The notes under the pieces: model-generated | Told to the model about the DNA's origin: nothing | The model's input: only the letters and a program-made list of their open reading frames with translations | Databases searched by the model: none | In this document: positions 35,537 to 47,390 of the stretch, in pieces | Numbering within the stretch: the first letter of the stretch is position 1 | Layout of the letters: the number at the start of each line of letters is the position of its first letter | From: Selaginella moellendorffii | Lineage: Eukaryota; Plantae; Lycopodiophyta | Reading direction: 5' to 3' | Assembly (NCBI RefSeq): GCF_000143415.4 | Contig: NW_003314405.1 | Location: 144,282-208,281, forward strand | DNA: 64,000 nt | Made by a program: the position numbers and the translations under genes

Positions 35537-37770
35537 TACTTCTTCTCTTCTGTAAACCCTAGGCTAGGGCCATGCCATGGTTCGATTTTCAACCGTACAG
35601 GAGCGTACGGTACTCCACGATCCCGGGCTCGAATCTCTATAAGATCCACGCATTTGGAATATACTTTGATTGATCCATGAGCTGCCACCCTTCCGCCATA
35701 GCCGTGATCTTGGCCCCGAGCATGTACTTGATGGCAGCGAAGCCGTAATCTCCAACTGCCCGAATCTCCAAGGATTGTCGTGAGGATGAGATCCACGAAG
35801 GAGCCCTAGTCGAAGAACCAGCTCAATCCCACTGATTTTAGCCTCTGGGATTTATAAGTAAAATTTCCTTAGTTTTATTTTCGCTCTCATACTAGCAAAA
35901 CTTTTGTTAGGCCACGAGACAAAAGAAGTATAGTAGATTTCTTCGAAAAGAGCTAGAAATAGATAATGAAGTCATGGATGAAGAAGAAATAATTCTGGTG
36001 TCTTGAATATAAAGAGGGATGCTTTTCTATTCAAAAGAAAAATAAAAATAATCCTCCAATTTTTTTCCTCCATCTTCTTTATTGCAATAGATTATTTGAG
36101 TCAATTAATGTTCGTTGCTTTTATTGGGAAAGACTACAAAAAAATGTAGTATTGTGAGATCTAGGTGCACATCGTTCATAGTATGGGGATAATACTATTT
36201 GAAAAAGAATTTTGTTTTGGTTGGTGCTATATAAAAAACTATATGTTTTATAGTTTCCATAAAACATCTTCTATTAATTCGAACATCAAGATTTAGAGAC
36301 TGAATATCCTTGTGCAAAGCAGAAAGATGTTATCAAGAGTTTAAACTTGTTCTAATTCTGACAATGAACACTTCTATATTCTTAACAACTTAAGTAAGAG
36401 ATTAATAAAGCATTAAACCATATACCTATGCCAACACCAAATTGGCAGTAGCGACTGAGATTACAAATAGATGGTTGGAATTAATAGACAAAGTTGATAC
36501 TTATTTAAATCAAATAAGAAAAACCCAGAGAATTATTAAAAGCAAAAAAACATGATGAGGTATTATACATTTAAGAATTTAATCAAAAAGTTGACAGATG
36601 GTGTAGAGCTTTTCAACAGTCTGACAAATACATTAAAGAAAAAAATGAGGAAGACCAAGGATGGCCTTGGAGCTCCCCTCTTTGCTACAGTTTGCACAGT
36701 TGATGAACATTGGGGTGGCTGAAACCACCAATGCCAGCTTAAAAGCATAAGTGGGAGGACATGAAGAACAACACCTCTCAACAATATGGCACTTACCTTG
36801 TGATGGCTGTCCTATTCCACAACTACATGAATAATAAAGGCAAGGTTGAAAACTGGCAAGTTTATAACAAAGACATCATCCGACTTTGAACATGTGCATA
36901 GAAGCTCTTAACAACATAGAGCATACAATGATAAGGTTTATCCTTACTTTGGAAATGCCTACCATTTGATGGGGCTAGTGGTTTGTTTTCTTTTTTGATC
37001 TTTTCTGAGCTTTAATGCAAAGGAACACCTTGTGTTTATGGTCCATGGAATCCGCCAAAGGCTGGAAGAGGCCAATTTGGTAGATGATGGTGGTACATTT
37101 CGAAGCACAGCTGTGATGTTAGCCGAGAAGCATCTCACCAAATATCAGAGACACTCGCAGCTCATCACATGCCAGGTGCCATCACTGTAATTTCACGAGC
37201 TTTTTAATTCGTGTCTTTGCAGTAGAGGAGACATCCCAAGCTGGGAGGTGAAGCAGCTGTCGAAACTTGCACCTTGGAAGGTGTAAGAGCACTACGTACA
37301 AAGATCGATGCCACTGTGTAAGATGTGTTGTATTATAGACGTGTCTTCCTGATTTTATACTCTTTTTTGACACAATAGTTTGCCAGGGAGCGTTCTTTCT
37401 TATCTTTGACGTCCGTGTTTCCCATTCAGGAGATAAACTTGGGTGTTACGGAAGACGACGCTGAGGATGAGCGTGCGGTATGCGTTTGGGAACAAGTAAT
37501 GATCCTCTATGAACACTATGTGAATCAGAGCTACCCAGTAACTCTATGAATCGTGATTCAAGAGACACCAACAAGGAAAGATCAGACATTAGTACGACTA
37601 TGGGACAGAGAAGTCAAGGCGTTACGATTGATTGCCTGCGTGCTTGCAGGTTGAGATTTTTTCAAAGATACTGGAATACAAAGAAAAGATGGTGAAAGGA
37701 ACAATTTTAACTGGAGTACAAAAAAAAGATGGTGAATGAACAGTTTTAATACAAGAAAAGAACAATTTGT

Positions 37771-39249
37771 CTATGATCTTGGAATCATCTGTTGCATTTG
37801 AGCCCTCTCCTCGACCATTTCTTGCGCATTTCCTGGTCTAGCTTCAGAGAGTGCAATCCACCAAATCTCGTCATCACGTGTTACTAATATGTTTGCAGGC
37901 TGAATCTTTCCATGAATGAAACCTCTCGCATGAATAGCATCGAGATGTACCAAAGCCTCCTCAAACTTTTCTCGGGTTTGAAGATGTGGTTCCCTATCAA
38001 TCGAGATCCCACCACTGTCTTGCATAGCTAGAAAGAAGTTTAAACCTTCAGCTATAAATCCAGCTCCCCATAATCGTGGAATGCATATCCCTTGCAAATC
38101 TCGAAGTAATGCATATGAATATAGCTCACGAAGGTACTTAGTAACTCTTTCCTCAAACTTTGTGGTATCAGACCATTTGATAACAACGTCATCTCCCTTG
38201 AGTTTCCCTCTGAAAACATGTTGCTCCCTTTCAGCTTCAATCAACTGTAGCACCTCATGCTCATGAGCTTCAAGTATTTGGAAATACCCCTTCACAAGAT
38301 TTGAAGATATTCCTAGAGCTTCACATAAGCTATATAGCTTCTTCATCAAAAACCTATTAGCCACTCTAGCACTTCCCCCAGCACTAGATCCTCCAATGCG
38401 CATGCTTTTTTGTCGTGGGATAATAGAGTAAACAGGAGGATCCCATCTTCTCTTGCCCCTAGAGGATTCACCTCCACTGCTTCCACCACTGTCACTTGGA
38501 GGAGGAGGATCTTGAGGGAGAGTGTTCTGGCACATGAGTTCGTGGTAAAACCACAAAGCTTGGTGCAAGCTGATGTTATTTGCTCCAGGCACAGCATCAC
38601 ACGTAACAGGATCCGAAACATAGAGGGCACTGGTTGGAGTCACTTTTATAAACCACCAAGCGTTACAGTTGGTGATCGCACCATACCCACAATGCATGGT
38701 GCGATTATCCCATAGATAGCCGTTCACTTGGCTTAACATCTTTCGATGCTGTCGTGGCTCCTGTTGAGCAAGCCGAGCGAATTCTTGACCACGTAGAGTG
38801 CTTGGCAAAGCACCCTCCTTCTTCGCTTCGGTGCACGCGAAGAATGCATCTCCGGCCCCTATGTGAAGGAAATCTGGATGCCCGATCATGACTGCGGCCG
38901 ATCCATCAGCAAACAAGATCACGGGCGTTGTTGGATCGCGTCGGCGCCTCTCCCTGTTCATCTCCACCAGGGTCCGTGTGAAGAACGCATAGATGTTGTG
39001 TCGCACACCTTCTTCACAGGAGATATCTCCGAGTCCCACAGGGAAAGGGTGGTCAAACACCGGGAGAGAATCCACCGAATTGGCACAAAATGCCCTTGCC
39101 TCGTCTAGGAATGAGTCCCATACATGATATCCAGAAGCCGGATCTCGCTTGTAGACTGAATCTGTGACCCTGTCTGTGGGGAGATCTCTTCCGGGCCTGT
39201 ACACAACCCTTGGAACTCTTGTTTGAAAGAGCTGATGCAGGGTCAGCAT
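37771..39249 (-). CDS. Intronless PD-(D/E)xK restriction-endonuclease-fold plus kinase-like (pseudokinase) protein, 492 aa (Crinkler/CR-REase-kinase-like architecture)
   Basis: GHPDF...CTEAKK...SQVNGYL...YGAITN..WWF nuclease signature. C-terminal DVVIK...REL..Y..LRDLQG.CIPRL...IHARGFIHGKIQPANIL. First ATG at 39249. Confidence 0.75.
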   Translation of the reverse strand: MLTLHQLFQTRVPRVVYRPGRDLPTDRVTDSVYKRDPASGYHVWDSFLDEARAFCANSVDSLPVFDHPFPVGLGDISCEEGVRHNIYAFFTRTLVEMNRERRRRDPTTPVILFADGSAAVMIGHPDFLHIGAGDAFFACTEAKKEGALPSTLRGQEFARLAQQEPRQHRKMLSQVNGYLWDNRTMHCGYGAITNCNAWWFIKVTPTSALYVSDPVTCDAVPGANNISLHQALWFYHELMCQNTLPQDPPPPSDSGGSSGGESSRGKRRWDPPVYSIIPRQKSMRIGGSSAGGSARVANRFLMKKLYSLCEALGISSNLVKGYFQILEAHEHEVLQLIEAEREQHVFRGKLKGDDVVIKWSDTTKFEERVTKYLRELYSYALLRDLQGICIPRLWGAGFIAEGLNFFLAMQDSGGISIDREPHLQTREKFEEALVHLDAIHARGFIHGKIQPANILVTRDDEIWWIALSEARPGNAQEMVEERAQMQQMIPRS

Positions 39250-40399
39250 CACAGCATCACAGAAGCATCCATCGCCCTTGAAGCGCCATCGCGACCATCT
39301 ACCCAGAAGCGCTGCTCTAAAAACCCTAAGTTGGAGGCTAAAGAGAGAGGATTTGGCAAGTATGGTCCTCGGACAGGTAGTACTCTTCAGAGATCTCTGA
39401 AATCCGCAAGAAACTTCTCCATGATCGCATCCGCGAGCTGGGTAGTGAAGCTTCGTCTGCTGCTCAAAGTTCTGCGATAGGTTGGTGGCTATCGTTCCAG
39501 CACAATGGTTTGTCGGCGCTTTCAAGTATATAGGGAGAGCTTGATACAGGAGTTCGCTGTGGACCCGAGGCGGATGACATCCACTACCGTCAGGTCGCCG
39601 TGATGCGCGATATATAAGATTAATTAAAGGAAGAAAAAAGATGAAAACTGTTGATCAAAATGGAGAACTTTGACGAGTGATAATACAGCTTGAGTGGCAA
39701 AATTATCAAATGCATAGCACTGGAAGAGAGCATGGACGATCGTTCTGGTGAGAGTGATTGTGAAGGGCAGTCATTACAAGTGCGAGCACCATGCAAAATG
39801 CTGTGGTGGATCTTAGCTTGAAATTCTGGCTAGTTCAAAAGCTTTGAGTGATGAAAAAAAATAAATGAACACAAGATGATTTCCAAAGGGAGCCTGTGAC
39901 AAAAAGATTTACATTTGGTGGAAGTGTTTTTAGAAGAAAAGTCTGTTTCTTTTTACCATGAGCTTTGAAGAGCAAAAATCTAAACTTTCATACCTCTTTA
40001 ATATTTTTGTGTGTAAAAGTATTTTTTCATCTCAAAACCAAGCTTTATCATGAAGGAAAGATTCACTTTAAGTTAAGAAATTTCTAATTTACAGTATGTT
40101 ATTGGTTCGAAATCTGACATATATTGCTTCCAAATAAAGCAAATTAAGTGCAGCAAATTATTTTTATAAATATATTTGTAAAAAATATTTTTTTAAAACT
40201 CTTATCTTTTAGGTTAATGCTAGTTTTGGGTAAAGGGAGTTTTAATAAACATCTTTTAATTTCCACCTTTCTATCTAGCATGTTCCTATAATTTTATAGA
40301 CTATTTAGAAGAAATTACTGTCAAAATTTACAATATATTACTAAAATTCTTACACATATTAAAGTATATTTGTGAAACCTTCTTATAAATATTAATTAC

Positions 40400-40630
40400 A
40401 ATAAGATGTTAATTTTCCATAAGTATTTTTCCAAACTCTTTATCTTCAAAGTTAATCTCACCATCTTCAATTGAAATATGAACACCTTCCAAATTAGCAA
40501 GTCTCACTTTAACCAAACCATTTTAAATCAATATAAAAACTAATAGTATTAAAATTCCTATGCACAAACCCTTTAGAATGAAATGTGTGTAATGTCATTT
40601 CAGTGCATTAACTTCTCCTTGATAATCCCA
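40400..40630 (-). pseudogene. Decayed 3' remnant of the 48643-50001 nuclease-pseudokinase gene
   Basis: Diverged match to 48640-48895 with indels. Confidence 0.75.
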
Positions 40631-41051
40631 TAAAATTGGCTCTATCCATCACCCTTAGTTGTCATAATCACTATTCTGTTTTTAGTTTGTGATTATATGT
40701 TACTCAAAGACAATAAATGAAAAAGATAATAATTTTATTTAATATAATTAACTTGCACTCTTATAAAGATTTTGCATTTGACCTTCATCATCAAACTCTT
40801 TTTGATTCCTCTTGCTTCTAAATTAACTCTTCTACATAATTTTCTACTCTTTTTATCACTATCTTAAGTTACAAATTGAAGCAACTTAATCTAGATTCAT
40901 TTATTCAATAATCTCTAATTAATTTATTTTGAATGGTGTTTCTTTAGCTTAATATAGTGATTATGAATTTCTTCAATTTTGGGATACTCATTTTTGGATA
41001 TGCTCAATTATATATATTTTATGGCAAAATGCAATTACATGTTATCTAAGT

Positions 41052-41651
41052 TTTATACTTATGAATTTAAACATTCTAAAAGGTCATTTAGCCCATACTA
41101 CTCATCAAACCCAAAATATCCCAAACCCTTAACTGATTCAAAAAGGGTATACACTTTTATTCATGGCCCTTTCCTTTTATATATAAACTTTTATAAATGA
41201 TTTATTGAGTTATTTTCTTTAATTACTTATAATCTATTATGCTTCCTTGCAAGTTTATGCCTTTATGAATGAAAGTTGAAAGTTGCAGCTATCTTAAAAA
41301 CCTCACTCTTTTGATACTCTACCCCTTGAGGCAAGCCCAATCTGAGTAAATTGGATTATTAAATGTTAAACCCAATACCACTTATGATACCAAATGCAAA
41401 TTGAACCACTAGATATTAATTTTAATATATAATATAATTCTTTTAGCCAACCAAAAAGTCTGACTTAAAACCCAAATGTAAGTTTTTGAATTTGGACATT
41501 ATAGGAGCATTTAGCTTAATACTATTCAAACCTAAAGATGATTAACCTTAAATATTCTAAGTATTTCAATGTCTTGAAATACTTTATTCATGAGCTCTTT
41601 CCTTTTATATTTAAACTCTTAAAGATCATTGTTCTTTTTTGGTTACTTACA
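41052..41651 (-). mobile_element. Degenerate complete TRIM of the Cassandra-like family (LTRs ~41477-41651 and ~41052-41231)
   Basis: Both ends are reverse-complement homologues of 16688-16882; the internal part resembles 56034-56225. Confidence 0.6.
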
Positions 41652-41772
41652 AAAGTGTGCCATTATAAATGACTTTTGAAAATTCCTAATGAGGATTCAC
41701 TATGAAAATATACTTTATTCTTCTCATATAGGAGGATTGCAATATAAGTAAATTTTTTATATAAATTGATAT

Positions 41773-41820
41773 TGTGAGGGCCAAGTGTACGGCTACGATG
41801 CCGAATACTTGGCCCTCACA
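41773..41820. mobile_element. 48-bp miniature inverted-repeat insertion
   Basis: 14-bp TIR TGTGAGGGCCAAGT/ACTTGGCCCTCACA flanked by ATAT on both sides; empty paralogous sites at ~30755 and ~56438. Confidence 0.7.
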
Positions 41821-42720
41821 ATATATAAATTACAAATGCCAAAAATGTTCAATGGAGTAGATTTTTTAATACTTTCTATTATACTATTTATTTTTTCATT
41901 TCTATTACTCTAGAGTGTTGTTTTAGAAATAATAGAAGTATTTTATCAATGGTGATAATGGTTTTCACATTCCTAAATGGAGATTGTGACAGTGAAATGA
42001 AATTAATATTCTTATATTCCTTTGCACAAATCTTACTTATAGATTTTTAATATTTTTTGCTTCCCATCTTTTCAATAACTCTAGAAAAATCTTGCAAATG
42101 AAGGAATAATATGTAAATGTAGATTGCATTGATTGGCATACATTAATAATGTCTAGCCATCAAAATGTTTCAACTTGTATTTCTTGATTAATACAAGAAA
42201 ATCAAAATGTGACAATTGTAAAAGTAGTTCATAGTAAAACAATATAACTTTTGAAAAGATAGATTCTCTTTTTAAATGATTTAATCTAGTATAAACTCTT
42301 GACTCAGTTTCAATATTATAAAGTTGGTCAGAATCATCATTTTTTCAACTTAAATTTCCTTTGTATAATTAACTGCATTGACTTGAGTTGACTTATGTTG
42401 AGTTGAACTCAATTCAACTTTGACCAAATGCCCTTATTAGTAAATATAAGCTCTCGGCATAAGTGCATTTCACAAGACTAAGGAATTCACAAATGCTATT
42501 TAAATCTTTGTAATGAATTGAGAAATATTGCCAATGTTCTCTATAATAAATACATGGAGGATTAAGTGAAGATGACATTTCCAGGAGCAAGCATGGTGGT
42601 GCAAGTGCTCCTCCATTGCCTTGTGCCTTAAATACTCTTGAGATTTGCTGCAGGATAATGGACCAGAAAGGAGTAAATTCATTTTGTTATTAAATTATTT
42701 AGTTCAACAGTATAGATATT

Positions 42721-43251
42721 TTAGTGATGGTTGGAAGATGGTGCTGGAGATGGAGCTGAAGCGGGGCAAGCTCTACATTGTTTACTTGAGAAGATGGTAC
42801 CACTGCCACAAAAAATCTTACAGAAGTAGCTGCCAGAATCCTTGCTCTCTTTCTTGGCAGAAATTGACCTGCATATTTTGCACAGAATATTTGTTATTAG
42901 TCTTCCAAAAGAAACTCCTTACTGTGGATCTTTTTCAAGTGGTGAGGTCACATATGTATCCATGGCAACACCACTTGTCACATAAGGCACAGACTCATCT
43001 TCATCCAAAGTTTTGCTTGGAGTTGAACCACTTTTGATTGCATTACAGAATGCACAATACACTTCGTTGTTTGTTTGTTGGCAGCGATCACAAAAGAGTT
43101 TAGAGGCGTCTCTAAGATTTGATAAATCTGAGCAAAGCAAGTTAGCCATTAATAATAATAAATATGTACCTTCTGTCCGAGCATAAGATACTAATCCAGC
43201 AGACAAGACCACAAGAGAAATGCATAGCATTGTGACGCTTGAGTTAGCCAT
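42721..43251 (-). CDS. Small secreted Cys-rich protein, 144 aa (exons 43251-43170, 43127-42923, 42868-42721)
   Basis: Signal-peptide-like MANSSVTMLCISLVVLSAGLVSYA; two four-Cys modules; GT-AG introns; frame conserved in the paralog. Confidence 0.65.
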
Positions 43252-44005
43252 CACAAAACACTTCAGAGAATGCTTCTTTCATTATTTCTTTTCCTTCTAA
43301 TTTATAGAATTCAGAAATATTTAGCAGTGGAAAACACAATGTACATACTAACAAATTTTTTTGTCACTTATGTTCAAAACAGCTGGTAACAGCTTGTAAC
43401 TCAATCCATATTGCTCGCGAACATGACAAGTTTCTCTATTGGTTTATCACAAGAGTTGTGTAAGACTTGTGTGGAGAAACCGAAGCTGCTGCTAAGCACA
43501 TAGATATCGTACTCCCTAGAGCTAGAGCAAGTGCACAAACAGCAAACAGCGGTGTTGAGAGGAAGACGAAACTCTTGACGTGTGACGCTACCTGGTAAAT
43601 TTTCTTTCTTGTTTTGATGTACGCCTCTTAGAAGCCAGCTGTGGATCCAAGGTTTTCGGACGATCCATGGCCTGAAAACAAGTTCAATCCACTGAAGAAG
43701 ATGTGGTAAACAGAGATCCCAATAAGTATAAGTTTGCCATGCATCTCATGACAATGAAAAGAAGCACACAGCTAACTTCGATTCTGATTCCAAACAGGAC
43801 AAGAACACAGCATCATCTTACGAGATACGAAGAGCTCTCAACTCGCAAGGAGACCTGTGAGCAAAGTTGAAAACTTGAATTATAGAGCTCACAATTCACT
43901 TACAAGTCAGATGTGAGCCTGTCTTGCGTTGCTAGTGCTTGTAAAGAGCACCTGTAAAACTAAAAAACTGAGCTAGCTCCAAACAATAGATGGAAATACC
44001 TGTGA

Positions 44006-44471
44006 CTAGTAGTATGACGTTGATCTCTCCCCTCTAGCTTCCGCACGAGCTTGCTTCAACGCCGATCGTTCGCCATAGTCGACCCTTCCACAATCGGGAT
44101 ACTTGAACACGAAGGTCTCCACGAACCATTTCCTGGGTAAAGTGACCATGTCCTTGAGATGGATCCTTTGGATGATCCCTCTGGACTTGAGCAAGGACAG
44201 CACCTTCCACCGGATCTTCACTCTATCCATGCTCTTCTTGCTCAGGTAGGCCGGGCACTTGAGCAGCTCCTCCACGTCCAGCTTCATCCCCTTGAAGAGA
44301 AAGTCGAGCTTCTGCTTGAGCACAGCATTGTCAACCTGGAGGATGTGTGGCTCGGCCTTGAGCATCACCGCGACGTGCCGGTAGTGGATGTCCATGCTCA
44401 TCAGAAAGTCGATCTTGTCTCTCACGGCCTCGGGCCCAAAGCGAACTCCCCACGACATGGATTGCAACCAC
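44006..44471 (-). pseudogene. 5'-truncated mTERF duplicate
   Basis: Near-identical to 58579-59044 and cut at the duplication junction. Confidence 0.88.
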
Positions 44472-45911
44472 CTCTATTAATTCGAACATCAAGATTAGAG
44501 ACTGAATATCCTTGTGCAAAGCAGAAAGATGTTATCAAGAGTTTAAACTTGTTCTCATTCTGACAATGAACACTTCTATATTCTTAACAACTTAAGTAAG
44601 AGATTAATAAAGCATTAAACCATATACCTACACCAAATTGGCAGTAGCGACTGAGATTACAAATAGATGGTTGGAATTAATAGACAAAGTTGATACTTAT
44701 TTAAATCAAATATAAAAGCAAAAAAACATGATGAGGTATTATACATTAATCAAAAAGTTGACAGATGGTGTAGAGCTTTTCAACAGTCTGACAAATACAT
44801 TAAAGAAAAAAATGAGGAAGATCAAGGATGGCCTTGGAGCTCCCCTCTTTGCTACAGTCTGCACAGTTGATGAACATTGGGGTGGCTGAAACCACCAATG
44901 CCAGCTTAAAAGCATAAGTGGGAGGACATGAAGAACAACACCTCTCAACAATATGGCACTTACCTTGTGATGGCTGTCCTATTCCACAACTACATGAATA
45001 ATAAAGGCAAGGTTGAAAACTGGCAAGTTTATAACAAAGACAGACTTTGAACATGTGCATAGAAGCTCTTAACAACATAGAGGATACAATGATAAGGTTT
45101 ATCCTTACTTTGGAAATGCCTACCATTTGATGGGGCTAGTGGTTTGTTTTCTTTTTTGATCTTTTCTGAGCTTCAATGGTGTTTATGGTCCATGGAATCC
45201 GCCAAAGGCTGGAAGAGGCCAATTTGGTAGATGATGGTGGTACATTTCGAAGCACAGCTGTGATGTTAGCCGAGAAGCATCTCACCAAATATCAGAGACA
45301 CTCGCAGCTCATCACATGCCAGGTGCCATCACTGTAATTTCATGAGCTTTTTAATTCGTGTCTTTGCAGTAGAGGAGACATCTCAAGCTGGGAGGTGAAG
45401 CAGCTGTCGAAACTTGCACCTTGGAAGGTGTAAGAGCACTACGTACAAAGATCGATGCCACTGTGTACGATGTGTTGTATTATGTGAAGTGTCTTCCTGA
45501 CTTTATACTCTTTTTTGACACAATAATTTGCCAGGGAGCGTTCTTTCTTATCTTTGACGTCCGTGTTTCCCATTCAGGAGATAAACTTGTGTGTTACGAA
45601 AGACGACGCTGAGGATGAGCGTGCGGTATGCGTTTGGGAACAAGTAATGATCCTCTATGAACACTATGTGAATCAGAGCTACCCAGTAACTCTATGAATC
45701 GTGATTCAAGAGACACCAACAAGGAAAGATCAGACATTAGTACGACTATGGGACAGAGAAGTCAAGGCGTTACGATTGATTGCCTGCGTGCTTGCAGGTT
45801 GAGATTTTTTCAAAGATACTGGAATACAAAGAAAAGATGGTGAAAGGAACAATTTTAACTGGAGTACAAAAAATGAATGAACAGTTTTAATACAAGAAAA
45901 GAACAATTTGC

Positions 45912-47390
45912 CTATGATCTTGGAATCAACCGTTGCATTTGAGCCCTCTCCTCGACCATTTCTTGCGCACTTCCTGGTCTAGATTCAGAGAGTGCAATCC
46001 ACCGAATCTCGTCATCACGTGTTACTAATATGCTTGCAGGCTGAATCTTTCCATGAATGAAACCTCTCGCGTGAATAGCATCCAGACGTACCAAAGCCTC
46101 CTCAAACTTTTCTTGGGTTTGAAGATGTGGTTCCCTATCAATCGAGATCCCACCACTGTCTTGCATAGCTAGAAAGAAGTTTAAACCTTCAGCTATAAAT
46201 CCAGCTCCCCATAATCGTGGAATGCATATCCCTTGCAAATCTCGAAGTAATGCATATGCATGTAGCTCACGAAGGTACTTAGTAACTCTTTCCTCAAACT
46301 TTGTGGTATCAGACCATTTGATAACAACGTCATCTCCCTTGAGTTTCCCTCTGAAAACATGTTGCTCCCTTTCAGCTTCAATCAACTGTAGCACCTCATG
46401 CTCATGAGCTTCAAGTATTTGGAAATACCCCTTCACAAGATTTGAAGATATTCCTAGAGCTTCACATAAGCTATATAGCTTCTTCATCAAAAACCTATTA
46501 GCCACTCTAGCACTTCCCCCAGCACTAGATCCTCCAATGCGCATGCTTTTTTGTCGTGGGATAATAGAGTAAACAGGAGGATCCCATCTTCTCTTGCCCC
46601 TAGAGGATTCACCTCCACTGCTTCCACCACTGTCACTTGGAGGAGGAGGATCTTGAGGGAGAGTGTTCTGGCACATGAGTTCGTGGTAAAACCACAAAGC
46701 TTGGTGCAAGCTGATGTTATTTGCTCCAGGCACAGCATCACACGTAACAGGATCCGAAACATAGAGGGCACTGGTTGGAGTCACTTTTATAAACCACCAA
46801 GCGTTACAGTTGGTGATCGCACCATACCCACAATGCATGGTGCGATTATCCCATAGATAGCCGTTCACTTGGCTTAACATCTTTCGATGCTGTCGTGGCT
46901 CCTGTTGAGCAAGCCGAGCGAATTCTTGACCACGTAGAGTGCTTGGCAAAGCACCCTCCTTCTTCGCTTCGGTGCACGCGAAGAATTCATCTCCGGCCCC
47001 TATGTGAAGGAAATCCGGATGCCCGATCATGACTGCGGCCGATCCATCAGCAAACAAGATCACGGGCGTTGTTGGATCGCGTCGGCGCCTCTCCCTGTTC
47101 ATCTCCACCAGGGTCCGTGTGAAGAACGCATAGATGTTGTGTCGCACACCTTCTTCACAGGAGATCTCTCCGAGTCCCACAGGGAAAGGGTGGTCAAACA
47201 CCGGGAGAGAATCCACCGAATTGGCACAAAATGCCCTTGCCTCGTCTAGGAATGAGTCCCATACATGATATCCAGAAGCCGGATCTCGCTTGTAGACTGA
47301 ATCTGTGACCCTGTCTGTGGGGAGATCTCTTCCGGGCCTGTACACAACCCTTGGAACTCTTGTTTGAAAGAGCTCATGCAGGGTCAGCAT
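45912..47390 (-). CDS. PD-(D/E)xK nuclease-fold plus pseudokinase protein, copy 2 (492 aa)
   Basis: Near-identical to 37771-39249; intact ORF. Confidence 0.75.
   Translation of the reverse strand: MLTLHELFQTRVPRVVYRPGRDLPTDRVTDSVYKRDPASGYHVWDSFLDEARAFCANSVDSLPVFDHPFPVGLGEISCEEGVRHNIYAFFTRTLVEMNRERRRRDPTTPVILFADGSAAVMIGHPDFLHIGAGDEFFACTEAKKEGALPSTLRGQEFARLAQQEPRQHRKMLSQVNGYLWDNRTMHCGYGAITNCNAWWFIKVTPTSALYVSDPVTCDAVPGANNISLHQALWFYHELMCQNTLPQDPPPPSDSGGSSGGESSRGKRRWDPPVYSIIPRQKSMRIGGSSAGGSARVANRFLMKKLYSLCEALGISSNLVKGYFQILEAHEHEVLQLIEAEREQHVFRGKLKGDDVVIKWSDTTKFEERVTKYLRELHAYALLRDLQGICIPRLWGAGFIAEGLNFFLAMQDSGGISIDREPHLQTQEKFEEALVRLDAIHARGFIHGKIQPASILVTRDDEIRWIALSESRPGSAQEMVEERAQMQRLIPRS

Larger units (their letters stand above)
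36270..44471. repeat. Unit 1 of a head-to-tail segmental duplication
   Basis: 36270-40630 matches 44473-48895, and 41820-44471 matches 56440-59044. Confidence 0.85.

Noticed and set aside
35560-35830. GC-rich short ORFs upstream of RPB6
   Set aside because: No recognisable domain; probably promoter or a small gene fragment.
36960-37560. Exon-like plus-strand segments (also 45180-45690)
   Set aside because: Splice-like signals are present, but I could not assemble a consistent ORF or recognise a family.
39250-39525. 92-aa N-terminal extension of the 584-aa ORF
   Set aside because: It begins at a non-ATG codon, is interrupted by a stop in the near-identical copy (47436), and the divergent paralog starts at the position of ATG 39249.
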